Below are positions 8,881 through 19,021 of a stretch of DNA of 64,000 bases, in pieces. The translations under genes were made by a program, and so were the position numbers. Origin of the DNA: an uncultured Spirochaetia bacterium (GTDB taxonomy: Bacteria > Spirochaetota > Spirochaetia > Sphaerochaetales > Sphaerochaetaceae); assembly GCA_905236385.1 (NCBI GenBank), contig CAJOOY010000034.1, positions 14,048 through 78,047 on the forward strand. Reading direction: 5' to 3'. Within the stretch, counting starts at the first letter, position 1, and every line of letters starts with the position of its first letter. The notes under the pieces are model-generated. The model was not told the origin of the DNA, ran no database searches, and saw only the letters and a program-made list of their open reading frames with translations.

Positions 8881-9911
8881 GTAGAAAAGTAAGAGTTGGA
8901 GATGTTTTTATTGGCGGAGACGCCCCAATCACTGTTCAGACCATGTATGACAGGCCACTGAGTGCCATAGAAGAGAACTTCAGTCTCCGTATGGCTAAGC
9001 TTAAGTCCATGGGCTGTGACATAATACGTTTCTCTTATCCGGACATTGGGGAACATGATCAGTTGTCCTTTGTGGTAAAGAATACTCCTATGCCGGTGGT
9101 TGCAGATATTCATTTTGACTATAAAAACGCACTGGACTGCATAGACTGTGGTGTGGCCGCTCTGAGAATTAACCCTGGGAACATAGGGCAGCGGTGGAAG
9201 ACTGAGGAAGTTATCAAAAAATGCTTGGACAGTGGCGTGGCTGTGAGAATAGGACTTAACAGCGGCTCTCTTCCGAAGAACAAGAACAACTTAGGTATGG
9301 CTACTCTTATGACAGACACAGCTCTTGAGTATATTTCATGGTTTGAAAACCTTGGTTTTTATAATACTGTAGTCTCCCTTAAGGCTTCAGACCCGGAAGA
9401 AGCGTACCTTGCTTACAGCAGGTTTGCTTCTCTTAGTGACTATCCTCTTCATTTGGGAGTTACGGAAGCAGGGGGAGCTGTTACAAGCTGCGTCAGGAGC
9501 ACTATTACGCTTTCTAAACTTCTTGAGAAAGGGATTGGGGACACTCTAAGGTACTCAATTACTGGAAGTATTGAAGATGAGGTGATAGCTGGAACAGAGC
9601 TGCTTAAGACCATGGGCCTGAGAAAGAAAGGCGTTAGGATAGTGTCCTGCCCCATGTGTGGAAGAAAGAGCTTTAACAGCCAGGCCTTTCTTGCAGAGGT
9701 CCAGAATGATATTCTTTCATGCAATAAGGACATTTGTGTGGCAATAATGGGGTGCCAGGTAAATGGACCAGGGGAAGCCAAAGGGGCGGATATTGCCGTA
9801 GCAGGGATTGGTAAAAAAGTATATATTTACAGGAACGGAGAAATTTACAGGGAAGTTGCGGCTTCGGATGCCAAGGAGCAGCTTCTGCAAGTAATATCAG
9901 AATATGAATGA
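8877..9911 (+). CDS. ispG: 4-hydroxy-3-methylbut-2-enyl diphosphate synthase
   Basis: GGDAPITVQTM, ADIHFDY and RINPGNIG motifs, with C-terminal Fe-S cysteines (CPMCGR, GCQVNGPGE). Confidence 0.93.
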   Translation: MSRKVRVGDVFIGGDAPITVQTMYDRPLSAIEENFSLRMAKLKSMGCDIIRFSYPDIGEHDQLSFVVKNTPMPVVADIHFDYKNALDCIDCGVAALRINPGNIGQRWKTEEVIKKCLDSGVAVRIGLNSGSLPKNKNNLGMATLMTDTALEYISWFENLGFYNTVVSLKASDPEEAYLAYSRFASLSDYPLHLGVTEAGGAVTSCVRSTITLSKLLEKGIGDTLRYSITGSIEDEVIAGTELLKTMGLRKKGVRIVSCPMCGRKSFNSQAFLAEVQNDILSCNKDICVAIMGCQVNGPGEAKGADIAVAGIGKKVYIYRNGEIYREVAASDAKEQLLQVISEYE

Positions 9912-12726
9912 AAAATTAATCATCAGGGGAGCAAACGAGCACAATCTTAAAGATGTGAACCTATCTCTTGATAAGAATAAGCTCATTGTGGTCAGTGGCA
10001 TTTCCGGCTCAGGAAAGTCTTCTCTGGCTTTTGACACTATATTTGCTGAAGGCCAAAGAAGATACGTTGAGTCTCTTTCTTCTTACGCCAGGCAGTTTCT
10101 GGGGCGCCTAGATAAGCCGGATGTTGAGCTTATTGAGGGCCTCAGTCCAGCTATAGCCATAGAGCAAAAGACTACGGGTAAGAACCCAAGATCTACTGTG
10201 GGCACAATTACAGAGATCTACGACTACTTCAGGCTTCTGTGGGCAAGAATTGGAGAAGTTCACTGCCCGGAGTGCGGAAGAGTTATAGACAAGATGTCTG
10301 TTGACCAGATTATAGATATAATCTTCCGAGAAAGCGGCGAAGGCGGAAGAATCATGGTACTGGCTCCCGTAGCCCTAGGCAGAAAAGGCGAGTACAGGAA
10401 GGTCTTTGAGGACGCAAAGAAGGCTGGCTACCAGAGAGTTAAGGTTGACGGTCAGATGCTCATGCTTGAAGATCCTATAAATCTTGATAAGCAGGTTAAA
10501 CACAGTATAAGTATAGTAATAGACCGCCTTGTTCTCTCTTCAAAAGACCACATGAGGCTTGCTGATTCTATTGAAAAATCCATAGATATGACAGATGGAC
10601 TTGTTGAGATTATCTATTTAGGTGAAGATAGGTCAGAGAGAAGCGAGATTTACAGTGAGAAAAACAGCTGTCCTCACTGTGGAATCAGTATTGGTGACAT
10701 ACAGCCTAGAATGTTCTCCTTCAACAGTCCTTTTGGAGCCTGTCCTAACTGTCACGGACTTGGGTTTATCACTGAGTATGATATAGACAAGATTATTCCA
10801 GACAGAAAAAAGAGCTTTAATCAGGGGGCCATAGCCTGCTTGAATCCAGATGCAGCTTGGGGCAGATCCGGTTTTGAAGGCTTTGCCAAACAGGCTGGTT
10901 TTACTCTGGATACACCATTTGAGAAGCTCACACAGAGCCAGCTGGAGAAGGTTCTTTACGGATCTGAAAAGAAATATGCCGTGCACTATGAAGACCGCAT
11001 GGGTAGTATGGATATAAACAGAAGATGGCATGGTGTTATTAATGATCTGAAGAGGCGCTACGCCCAGACTGAAAGCATAGCCATGAAGGCTTGGATTTCA
11101 AACTTCCAGTCAGACATAGTATGTGATGTATGCCACGGAGAAAAGCTTAAAAAAGAGGCTCTCTCAGTGTATGTTGGGGGCCTGAATATAAACCAGGCCA
11201 CAGCTTTAAGCGTTAAAGACTGTTATGATTTTTTCCTGTCTCTGAAACTGAACAACGAACAGGAGACCATAAGCTGCCAGATAAGGCGTGAAATTCTCGC
11301 CCGCCTGAAGTTCCTGAAAAACGTAGGGCTTGAGTACCTGACTTTAAATAGAAGCGCAGCAACTCTCTCAGGCGGTGAGGCTCAGAGAATCAGGCTTGCC
11401 ACTCAAATAGGCTCGGCTCTTAGTGGAGTTCTGTACGTTCTCGATGAGCCGTCAATCGGCCTGCACCAGAGGGATAATGAGAAGCTGATTGCTACCCTTA
11501 AGAGCCTTAGGGACCTGGGAAACACAGTTCTTGTGGTTGAGCATGATGAGGCCACAATCAGAAACGCTGATTACATAGTAGATATGGGCCCGGGAGCGGG
11601 TGAGAACGGAGGCCACGTAATAGCTGAGGGCACCCCAGAAGAGATTATAGCCAACAAGAACAGCATAACTGGCCAGTTCCTAAGTGGAGCCCAGACCATC
11701 CCGCTACCTTTCATGCGCAGAACTGGAAACGGTAAACACCTATGCCTCATAGGCGCTGATAAGAACAATGTTAAATCTCTAAATGTAGATTTCCCCCTTG
11801 GCAAACTGATAGTTCTCACCGGTGTTTCAGGGAGTGGTAAGAGCACCATCCTTAACCAGATACTAGCTACAAACCTAGCTGACTACTTCAACAAGAAGAG
11901 TAAGGACTTTAAGTACTGTAAAGATATAGTAGGGCTTGAGAACATAGATAAGCTTATAAGAATAGACCAGAGCCCTATAGGAAAGACTCCAAGGTCTAAC
12001 CCGGCTACCTATGTTGAAGTCTTTGGCCAGATCAGAGACCTCTTTGCCAAGCTTCCAGAGAGTAAGGCCCGTGGGTACAAGAGTGGAAGATTCTCATTCA
12101 ATGTAGCCGGAGGTAGGTGCGAACACTGCTCTGGAGATGGAAACTTAAAGATAGAGATGAACTTCCTACCGGATGTGTATGTAACCTGTGATGTCTGCCA
12201 CGGTAAGCGCTTTAACACGGAAACACTGGCTGTTAAGTTCAAAGGCCACAGTATAAGTGATGTTTTGGATTTGACCGTCTCAGAAGCTCTGAAGCTCTTT
12301 GAAGCCTACCCACCGATTAAACGTAAGCTTAAGACACTTGAGGACGTGGGCCTGGATTATATAAAGCTTGGTCAGAGCGCCCTCACTCTTTCAGGGGGAG
12401 AGGCTCAGAGAGTGAAACTCAGTCTTGAGTTAAGTAAAATTGGAACAGGAATGACGCTTTATATACTTGATGAGCCTACAACAGGACTGCATTTTGCTGA
12501 TATAAAGAAATTAATGGAAGTAGTGAACACGTTGGTAGACGCAGGAAACACTGTAGTACTAATAGAGCATAATCTGGATGTTATTAAACAGGCAGACTGG
12601 ATTATTGACCTTGGTCCTGAAGGTGGAGACGGGGGTGGAAGTATAGTTGCTCAGGGAACACCTGAAGAGGTGGCTTCCTGCCCATCTTCTTACACGGGGC
12701 ACTTTCTTAAGGAGATACTTGCTTAA
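9904..12726 (+). CDS. uvrA: Excinuclease ABC subunit A
   Basis: 940 aa with two ABC modules (GISGSGKSS, GVSGSGKST, and LSGGEAQR twice) and CxxC zinc modules. Confidence 0.97.
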   Translation: MNEKLIIRGANEHNLKDVNLSLDKNKLIVVSGISGSGKSSLAFDTIFAEGQRRYVESLSSYARQFLGRLDKPDVELIEGLSPAIAIEQKTTGKNPRSTVGTITEIYDYFRLLWARIGEVHCPECGRVIDKMSVDQIIDIIFRESGEGGRIMVLAPVALGRKGEYRKVFEDAKKAGYQRVKVDGQMLMLEDPINLDKQVKHSISIVIDRLVLSSKDHMRLADSIEKSIDMTDGLVEIIYLGEDRSERSEIYSEKNSCPHCGISIGDIQPRMFSFNSPFGACPNCHGLGFITEYDIDKIIPDRKKSFNQGAIACLNPDAAWGRSGFEGFAKQAGFTLDTPFEKLTQSQLEKVLYGSEKKYAVHYEDRMGSMDINRRWHGVINDLKRRYAQTESIAMKAWISNFQSDIVCDVCHGEKLKKEALSVYVGGLNINQATALSVKDCYDFFLSLKLNNEQETISCQIRREILARLKFLKNVGLEYLTLNRSAATLSGGEAQRIRLATQIGSALSGVLYVLDEPSIGLHQRDNEKLIATLKSLRDLGNTVLVVEHDEATIRNADYIVDMGPGAGENGGHVIAEGTPEEIIANKNSITGQFLSGAQTIPLPFMRRTGNGKHLCLIGADKNNVKSLNVDFPLGKLIVLTGVSGSGKSTILNQILATNLADYFNKKSKDFKYCKDIVGLENIDKLIRIDQSPIGKTPRSNPATYVEVFGQIRDLFAKLPESKARGYKSGRFSFNVAGGRCEHCSGDGNLKIEMNFLPDVYVTCDVCHGKRFNTETLAVKFKGHSISDVLDLTVSEALKLFEAYPPIKRKLKTLEDVGLDYIKLGQSALTLSGGEAQRVKLSLELSKIGTGMTLYILDEPTTGLHFADIKKLMEVVNTLVDAGNTVVLIEHNLDVIKQADWIIDLGPEGGDGGGSIVAQGTPEEVASCPSSYTGHFLKEILA

Positions 12727-15537
12727 GTGAAGAAACTGTTTCTGCTGTTAGTTATTCTTCTCTCAACTGTTTCAATCTTTGCAGACTCTTACTCTGTGAA
12801 GATTCTAAATGCAGACAGTCTGACAGCAGATGGTTCTCTGATTGTAATTAAGGGAAATATTGTTCTGGAGATAAAAACAGACGGCTCGGAAGACGAGAGT
12901 AGAAAGCTCACAGCAGAGAAGGTTGTAGTTAACACTGAAACTAAAGAGATAACTGCCTCGGGCTCAGTTAGCCTTTCTGGTGGCTCAGTTAGAGACTACA
13001 CAGGGGATAGTCTTATTTTTAACTGGGATACTCTAGATTTAACTCTCTTTAACGGCGAATCTTCAATTGAAAAAACTAACTCAGAGAACAAGAAGATAAC
13101 CTTCTACTTAGACGGAGAGACTGTGTCTTACGGAGGAGACGGTGGACCGGTGATTATGGACGGCGTTATTCTCTCAACTAAGGATGAAGGTCCGTACTGG
13201 AGTATAGAAGCTCAAAACATAGCCATTTTGGAGTCAGATTTTGTCTTTAAAAATGCAACAATCAAGCTTGGTAGAGTCCCAGTTCTCTGGATTCCTTATT
13301 TCTACTATCCGAACACAAGATTGGCTTTTAACCCAGCTGTTGGTATTTCAGGAACCAAGGGCCTATTTCTTAATACTACATATGAAGTGTACGGAAAGTA
13401 TCCAACTCTATGGAACACGCCATCATCTTCTTCTTCATCTTCTTCAAGTACGAGTGATAGTGCTGCAGCTCTTTCCGCCTTGAGTCTGCTAAGCGAGTCT
13501 GACTCTTCCATGGTCAGAGATGGGCTTATCTACAGAAAGTCAGATTCTTCAAGTTCCAGTAAAAATAAAGACTACTTTGTGTTTATGGCAGATGCCTATA
13601 AAAACTACGGTGTAGCTTTAGGAGTAGACACTCATAATACTCTTCTAGATTCTTCACTTGTACTAGATGCAAAGGGTGTCCTTGCCTACAAGGCTGATCC
13701 TATTTATTCGTACTACGGGAAAATGCGCTACGCAGCAGACCTTTCTGCCTCTTACACCAAGGGGAACACCACTTTAAGTCTTTCTTTTCCTGTTTTAAGT
13801 GACCCTGAAGTCAAGCATGACTTTTACAACAGAAACACAACATTTCAACTGGATACTCTTCTAGGCCAAGCAGCAACTGTTCCAACCACTTACAAGAGTA
13901 ATCTTACTACCTACACTTGGGAAGCAAGCTTAAAAACCTCTTTCAAGGCACTGGACCAGAGCTTCACTCTTACAACCTTAGAGGCTGCAAGAACGTTTAA
14001 ATGGAACTCAACTGAGCATATTTATGAAGAGAGTAACACAGTTCTTCCAGAACTGGACGCAACCCTAAGCGGTACAGTTTTCTCTTTTAAGAAAGACACA
14101 GAGAAAACCAAGCAGGTTACATATTCAAACGACCTGGCTAATTCATTTCTAACTGAGTACAGAGAGCTTGAGGAGGAAGAAGAGGGTGAAGAGGAAGAAA
14201 AGTCATTTAACACCTATTCTGCAAAAGACCCGGGTGAGAAGACTGAAAAGGATTCTTACGGTGTCTCTATGGACTACAACTTCAGAACATACCTCAAGGA
14301 TGAGCTTAAAGAGGAAGATTCTTATTATTTCAAATTCAATGGAACGGTGAATCTTAAGGCAAATTCACCACTGGATATTATCTCAGTCACTGAAACACTC
14401 ACTCCAACCTATGTTTACACCATGGATGAGAGCAAGACAAACCCTGAGTCAAAGGATCTGAAAATACTTTCAAACCTCACAATAAACTCTCCTGTAATCG
14501 GCTTAAAGTACAATCAGCAGATAAATCTTTACCGCTACAAACTCAGTGAAAATGTAATCACGGATTATCCGATGAAGTGGGAAAAAGACTGTTTTAAGGC
14601 CCACAGTGTTGAGTTCTCAAAGACTCTTGGCTCTTTTACTTTCAGCTTAAATCAGCAACTTAAACCACTGGATCTGATTCTCACTCCAACTATTACCTTT
14701 ACTAAAGGTGTCTACACCATAAAGACTTCTTCTCAGCTTTATCTGGAAGATGATCAGCTGTTTGAGAAGGGAAAGACAACTCTTACTGTTAATCAGAAAG
14801 ATGAGACTTATGATTTTAAGGTAACTAACACTTATGACTTTAGTAAAGATGGCTGGGATGGAAACACTTTTGAACAGACACTTTCATGGTCTTTCTTAAA
14901 TAAGAGCCTGAAACTAACTGAAAAGCTTGTTCTTGAAAAAGACTTTCAGTTTAAGACCCTCAGTCTTGGAGTAAGCTACAACAAGAACTACATAAACATG
15001 TCTTTCAAGAACACCAGTTTTGATCCGGATGAATTGGCTGTTCATCTTGATTACACTCTCACTCCTATTTACTGGTGGTACAATAGAATAGGGTTCTCAA
15101 CCTCTGTTGCTGCAACCTACAAGAAGAACTTTAATAACAGGTACGGCTCGTCCCTCGTTTTTGATTTCTCACTTGATTTTGCCATTTCAGAGTTCGTTGA
15201 TTTAAAGATTAAGTCAACATCGACAAACACAAGTTTCTATAGATACTATGATGATGAGGGAGACTTTAGTCTTAACCTCATGTTTGATGATTTGCTCAGG
15301 TCTTTTGATTTCTTTGGAAACGGAAGGAAGTCTACAGGCTTTAACTTAAGCAAATTCAGTCTTCAGTTTGTGCATTATATGCATGACTGGACCCTGAACC
15401 TGGAAGCTTCTGCCTCTATTGCAACAAAGAACAGCGAGAGGTATTGGAACCCTGAAGTTACTGTTTATATTAAATGGAATGCCATTCCTGAGTTAAAGAG
15501 ACAAAATACACTGAAGAACAGTGTATGGGAGTATTGA
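12727..15537 (+). CDS. LptD/OstA-family outer-membrane beta-barrel protein
   Basis: GTG start 1 nt after the uvrA stop, with a signal peptide. N-terminal OstA-like beta-jellyroll segment, then a long alternating-hydrophobic C-terminal region. Contains poly-Ser and poly-Glu insertions. Confidence 0.6.
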   Translation: MKKLFLLLVILLSTVSIFADSYSVKILNADSLTADGSLIVIKGNIVLEIKTDGSEDESRKLTAEKVVVNTETKEITASGSVSLSGGSVRDYTGDSLIFNWDTLDLTLFNGESSIEKTNSENKKITFYLDGETVSYGGDGGPVIMDGVILSTKDEGPYWSIEAQNIAILESDFVFKNATIKLGRVPVLWIPYFYYPNTRLAFNPAVGISGTKGLFLNTTYEVYGKYPTLWNTPSSSSSSSSSTSDSAAALSALSLLSESDSSMVRDGLIYRKSDSSSSSKNKDYFVFMADAYKNYGVALGVDTHNTLLDSSLVLDAKGVLAYKADPIYSYYGKMRYAADLSASYTKGNTTLSLSFPVLSDPEVKHDFYNRNTTFQLDTLLGQAATVPTTYKSNLTTYTWEASLKTSFKALDQSFTLTTLEAARTFKWNSTEHIYEESNTVLPELDATLSGTVFSFKKDTEKTKQVTYSNDLANSFLTEYRELEEEEEGEEEEKSFNTYSAKDPGEKTEKDSYGVSMDYNFRTYLKDELKEEDSYYFKFNGTVNLKANSPLDIISVTETLTPTYVYTMDESKTNPESKDLKILSNLTINSPVIGLKYNQQINLYRYKLSENVITDYPMKWEKDCFKAHSVEFSKTLGSFTFSLNQQLKPLDLILTPTITFTKGVYTIKTSSQLYLEDDQLFEKGKTTLTVNQKDETYDFKVTNTYDFSKDGWDGNTFEQTLSWSFLNKSLKLTEKLVLEKDFQFKTLSLGVSYNKNYINMSFKNTSFDPDELAVHLDYTLTPIYWWYNRIGFSTSVAATYKKNFNNRYGSSLVFDFSLDFAISEFVDLKIKSTSTNTSFYRYYDDEGDFSLNLMFDDLLRSFDFFGNGRKSTGFNLSKFSLQFVHYMHDWTLNLEASASIATKNSERYWNPEVTVYIKWNAIPELKRQNTLKNSVWEY

Positions 15538-15538
15538 T

Positions 15539-16477
15539 ATGAGTGCGGGTTTTGTTTTTGAGAATCCACAGGTCCTTGCAACAGTTTGCGGACCAAATGA
15601 TACAAATATTGACTACCTGGAGAAGCTTCTCGGCTGCACCTTAACGGTTAGAGGAAACAGAATAGAGTACCCAGGAGAAGACAAAGCTGTTACAGAGGCC
15701 TTCAGTGCACTTCTTCCTAGGCTTCAAAGGTTGGCCTCTATCAGTGAAGATATTTCTCAGCCAGAGATTCTTATGGAGTATAAGGCCCTAGAGTCAGCAG
15801 AAGAGAGAGTAGAAAACTCTGTAAGAAAAATTATCACTATTGGGACAAGAACTGTTTACCCAAAAAGCATCAGGCAGGAAGAGTATATTTCAGCCATGGA
15901 AAACTCTCAGATAGTCTTCGCTACCGGTCCCGCTGGAACAGGAAAGACCTATTTGGCCGTAAGCCACTGCCTTGGAGAGCTTTTAAGTGGAAGAAAACAC
16001 AAGATTATTCTTACCCGTCCTGTAGTAGAGGCTGGAGAGAGCCTAGGATTCCTTCCAGGAGACCTAAGCCAGAAGCTGAACCCGTATCTAAAGCCCTTGT
16101 ATGACAGTATGGAGGCAACTCTTTCTCCATCAACAGTTAAGAGGCTGGAAGACACAGGGCAGATTGAAATAGCGCCTCTTGCGTACATGAGAGGAAGAAG
16201 TATAACTAATTCATGCATAATTCTTGATGAAGCTCAGAATACTACTGTCAGTCAGATGAAGATGTTTCTAACAAGACTGGGCGAGAATTCCTGTGCTATA
16301 ATTACCGGAGACACAACGCAGATTGATCTTCCAAATGAGAAATCAAGCGGACTGATAGACGCCAAAAAGAGGCTCTATGGTGTTGAAGGGATTTCTTTTA
16401 TAAATTTCACAGGAAGGGATACTGTGCGTTCAAGGATAGTGCAGAGGATAATAGACGCGTATGAAAATAAACAATAA
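15539..16477 (+). CDS. phoH: PhoH-family ATPase
   Basis: Walker A GPAGTGKT, DEAQN box and GDTTQIDL. ATG at 15539 lies just after the upstream stop. Confidence 0.92.
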   Translation: MSAGFVFENPQVLATVCGPNDTNIDYLEKLLGCTLTVRGNRIEYPGEDKAVTEAFSALLPRLQRLASISEDISQPEILMEYKALESAEERVENSVRKIITIGTRTVYPKSIRQEEYISAMENSQIVFATGPAGTGKTYLAVSHCLGELLSGRKHKIILTRPVVEAGESLGFLPGDLSQKLNPYLKPLYDSMEATLSPSTVKRLEDTGQIEIAPLAYMRGRSITNSCIILDEAQNTTVSQMKMFLTRLGENSCAIITGDTTQIDLPNEKSSGLIDAKKRLYGVEGISFINFTGRDTVRSRIVQRIIDAYENKQ

Positions 16478-18551
16478 AAGCACATCTGCAACTAATCTGA
16501 TTATTGCCATAAGTATCATTTTACTTACTGTTGTAGCTGTTGGCTCTTCTATGATTATCTCTTCTCAAACAGGGGTTAGGTACAACAGGTACCTGGAAAA
16601 AATGAAGAGTGGCTACATAGCAGATGAATCTGTTTATGTCTTCACTTCCGTAGACGTAGTAGACCAGACAGCCACAAAAGAAATGATTGAGAGAGCAAGA
16701 AGCAGCGTTCTCCCTGTTTTCACATTTAGTCTCTCTAGTAGTGACACTATTTTAACTAACTTTGACTTCTTCAAAGACCACGTTGAAACTTCCTCCAACA
16801 GAATGATGGCCATAGCCTACGAAGTTCTTCATGAGATAATCGGTCTTGGCTACTTCTCTGAAGACGAGCTTTTGGAGGCAACCAAAAGTGGCTACACTAC
16901 CATAGATATAATTGACCCATCGGTAGACAGCTCAGAAGGCACAATTGCAGACATAAATTCCCTTCTGTGCGCCTCAAACATTGATTCTTACGTTCTTTCA
17001 TCAATTAATAAGTACTCAGAGCTTCTAACTGCTTCAGACATAGAGACCATACTTTCCATAATCAGGTACTCCCTGGTGGAAAACATACACTACGACTATG
17101 TTATGACCACCTACTACAGAGACCTGGCCGAGTCAAAGGTCCTGCCCGTGGTGGCCTCATATTATAAAGGCGATGTAATCATCCCTGTTGACACCGTAAT
17201 CACTGATGACCAGATAAATACTCTTCACATCCTTGCGGACAATGCCAGTCTCTCCATTAAAGACTTCTACGGAGATACTCTTCTTCTACTCGTTGGCTAT
17301 CTGGCCGCTGTCCTTGCCTTTTACAAAATAGCCAAAAGGCTTAGTAAGCATGCCCTTAGCTACTTAAATATTTGTACCATTTCAATTTGTGTAGTCTTTG
17401 TAGCTGCAACTATCTTTATTCTCAAATACTCAGACAGATTCTCTTTCACCAGTGTTGTCTTCTTCCCGGTCTGTTTTGCTCCTATGCTAATTACAGCCCT
17501 TAGTGGGAAAAGGCGTCTTGGAATAATTGCTTCTACAATGATAGGCCTTGGTGCCGCTATTACCCCTGGCGCCTCCATTTTTACTTTCTTCTACTGTATA
17601 GCCATAGGTGGCTCATGTTCATACATGGTCCGCTTTATGAACAAGAGGCTGGACGCCATCTATCAGTTCATGCTCTCCGTTCTCAGCTCAGTTGGAATCA
17701 CAGCCTTCTTTATTCTTCTTGGCACAAGCGCAATAGAAAATATACTGATTATTGTTATTATTGCTGCTTCTAGAACAGCCATCTCTAATCTGGTTGTTTT
17801 CTCAATAGTTCCAATTCTCGAAAGACTGCTGAACCTTCCAACAGTATTCCGTCTCCATGAACTGGCCTATACTGATTCACCGCTACTTGTGCACCTTTCT
17901 CAAGCAGCCCCCGGAACCTACAGTCACAGCCGTCAGGTAGCAGATTTGGCTGCCGCAGCCGCCTCTGAAGTTGGAGCAAATGCAGCACTAGCTAGGGTTG
18001 GAGCCCTTTATCATGATATAGGAAAGATGGACTACCCGGAGTACTTTGTAGAGAACCAGACTGGAGGGAGTAAGCATGAAAACCTTAACCCAACCCTTTC
18101 TGTCTCCATTATAAGAAACCATGTTCGTAGCGGTGCTGAAAAGGGAAGAGAAGCCGGTCTTCCTGCAGAGATTATAGACATAATTGCTAACCACCATGGA
18201 AATGATGTAATCAGGTATTTCTATCATGAAGCTGTAACTGAAAAAGAAACAGACAGGCAGGTTGAAGAGCAGGACTACCGCTATAACGCTGATCCTCCTT
18301 CTTCAAAAGAGTGCGCCATAGTTATGCTCGCTGATAGCGTTGAAGCTGCAGCAAGAACTATAGCTGAGCCAACACCTGCCAAGTTTGCAAAGCTTATCAG
18401 GCAGATTTTCCTTTCAAAGATTGAGAACGACCAGCTGAATAGATGTGACCTGTCCATGAAGGACCTGGAAAAGATTTCCAAGTCATTCTTAAAGACTCTT
18501 CTTGCTCTTTACCATTCAAGAATTGAGTACCCGGATGAGGAAGATAACTGA
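16461..18551 (+). CDS. 7TM-receptor HD/HDIG phosphohydrolase (PgpH/YqfF-like)
   Basis: Extracytoplasmic N-domain, seven TM helices, and a C-terminal HD domain (HSRQVA, LYHDIGK, NHHGN). Sits in the conserved phoH-yqfF-ybeY order. Confidence 0.88.
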   Translation: MKINNKSTSATNLIIAISIILLTVVAVGSSMIISSQTGVRYNRYLEKMKSGYIADESVYVFTSVDVVDQTATKEMIERARSSVLPVFTFSLSSSDTILTNFDFFKDHVETSSNRMMAIAYEVLHEIIGLGYFSEDELLEATKSGYTTIDIIDPSVDSSEGTIADINSLLCASNIDSYVLSSINKYSELLTASDIETILSIIRYSLVENIHYDYVMTTYYRDLAESKVLPVVASYYKGDVIIPVDTVITDDQINTLHILADNASLSIKDFYGDTLLLLVGYLAAVLAFYKIAKRLSKHALSYLNICTISICVVFVAATIFILKYSDRFSFTSVVFFPVCFAPMLITALSGKRRLGIIASTMIGLGAAITPGASIFTFFYCIAIGGSCSYMVRFMNKRLDAIYQFMLSVLSSVGITAFFILLGTSAIENILIIVIIAASRTAISNLVVFSIVPILERLLNLPTVFRLHELAYTDSPLLVHLSQAAPGTYSHSRQVADLAAAAASEVGANAALARVGALYHDIGKMDYPEYFVENQTGGSKHENLNPTLSVSIIRNHVRSGAEKGREAGLPAEIIDIIANHHGNDVIRYFYHEAVTEKETDRQVEEQDYRYNADPPSSKECAIVMLADSVEAAARTIAEPTPAKFAKLIRQIFLSKIENDQLNRCDLSMKDLEKISKSFLKTLLALYHSRIEYPDEEDN

Positions 18552-19021
18552 TGAACACTTATTTAATTGAATACACAGATGAAAAGTTTGCAGAAGTAGC
18601 TCCAAAAAAGGCTGTAAAAGCTTATTTAGAAAAGCTTTGCTCTGTTCTTGAACTTAAAAATGTTGAATACTCAGTTACTTTTTGTGATGAAGAGTATATA
18701 AGAAATCTCAACAAAGATTACAGAAATATAGACAGCAGCACAGACATACTCAGTTTTGCCGCAGAAGACTCAGAGGAAGGTTTTGATTTCATAGTTCCTA
18801 AAAAGGCAAAGAGAAACCTTGGAGATATGATTATCTGCCTTTCTGTAATGAGCACAAACGCTAAAGCTTTCTCTGTAAGTGAAACTGAAGAGCTCTCCAG
18901 GCTCCTAATCCACGGCACTCTTCACCTCTCCGGCTTAGATCATAAGACAAATGACATGGAAACTGAGCCCATGCTTATAAAACAAGAGAAACTTTTAAAA
19001 GAAATAGGGCTTATCTGTTAA
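18551..19021 (+). CDS. ybeY: rRNA maturation endoribonuclease YbeY
   Basis: HGTLHLSGLDH zinc motif, 156 aa. Confidence 0.93.
   Translation: MNTYLIEYTDEKFAEVAPKKAVKAYLEKLCSVLELKNVEYSVTFCDEEYIRNLNKDYRNIDSSTDILSFAAEDSEEGFDFIVPKKAKRNLGDMIICLSVMSTNAKAFSVSETEELSRLLIHGTLHLSGLDHKTNDMETEPMLIKQEKLLKEIGLIC

Noticed and set aside
13423-13449. The Ser9 tract in the LptD-like gene, considered as a slipped-strand phase-variation switch.
   Set aside because: The codons are a mixture (TCA/TCT/AGT) rather than a pure repeat. Any slippage of the trinucleotide unit would stay in frame, giving at most length variation and not an ON/OFF switch.
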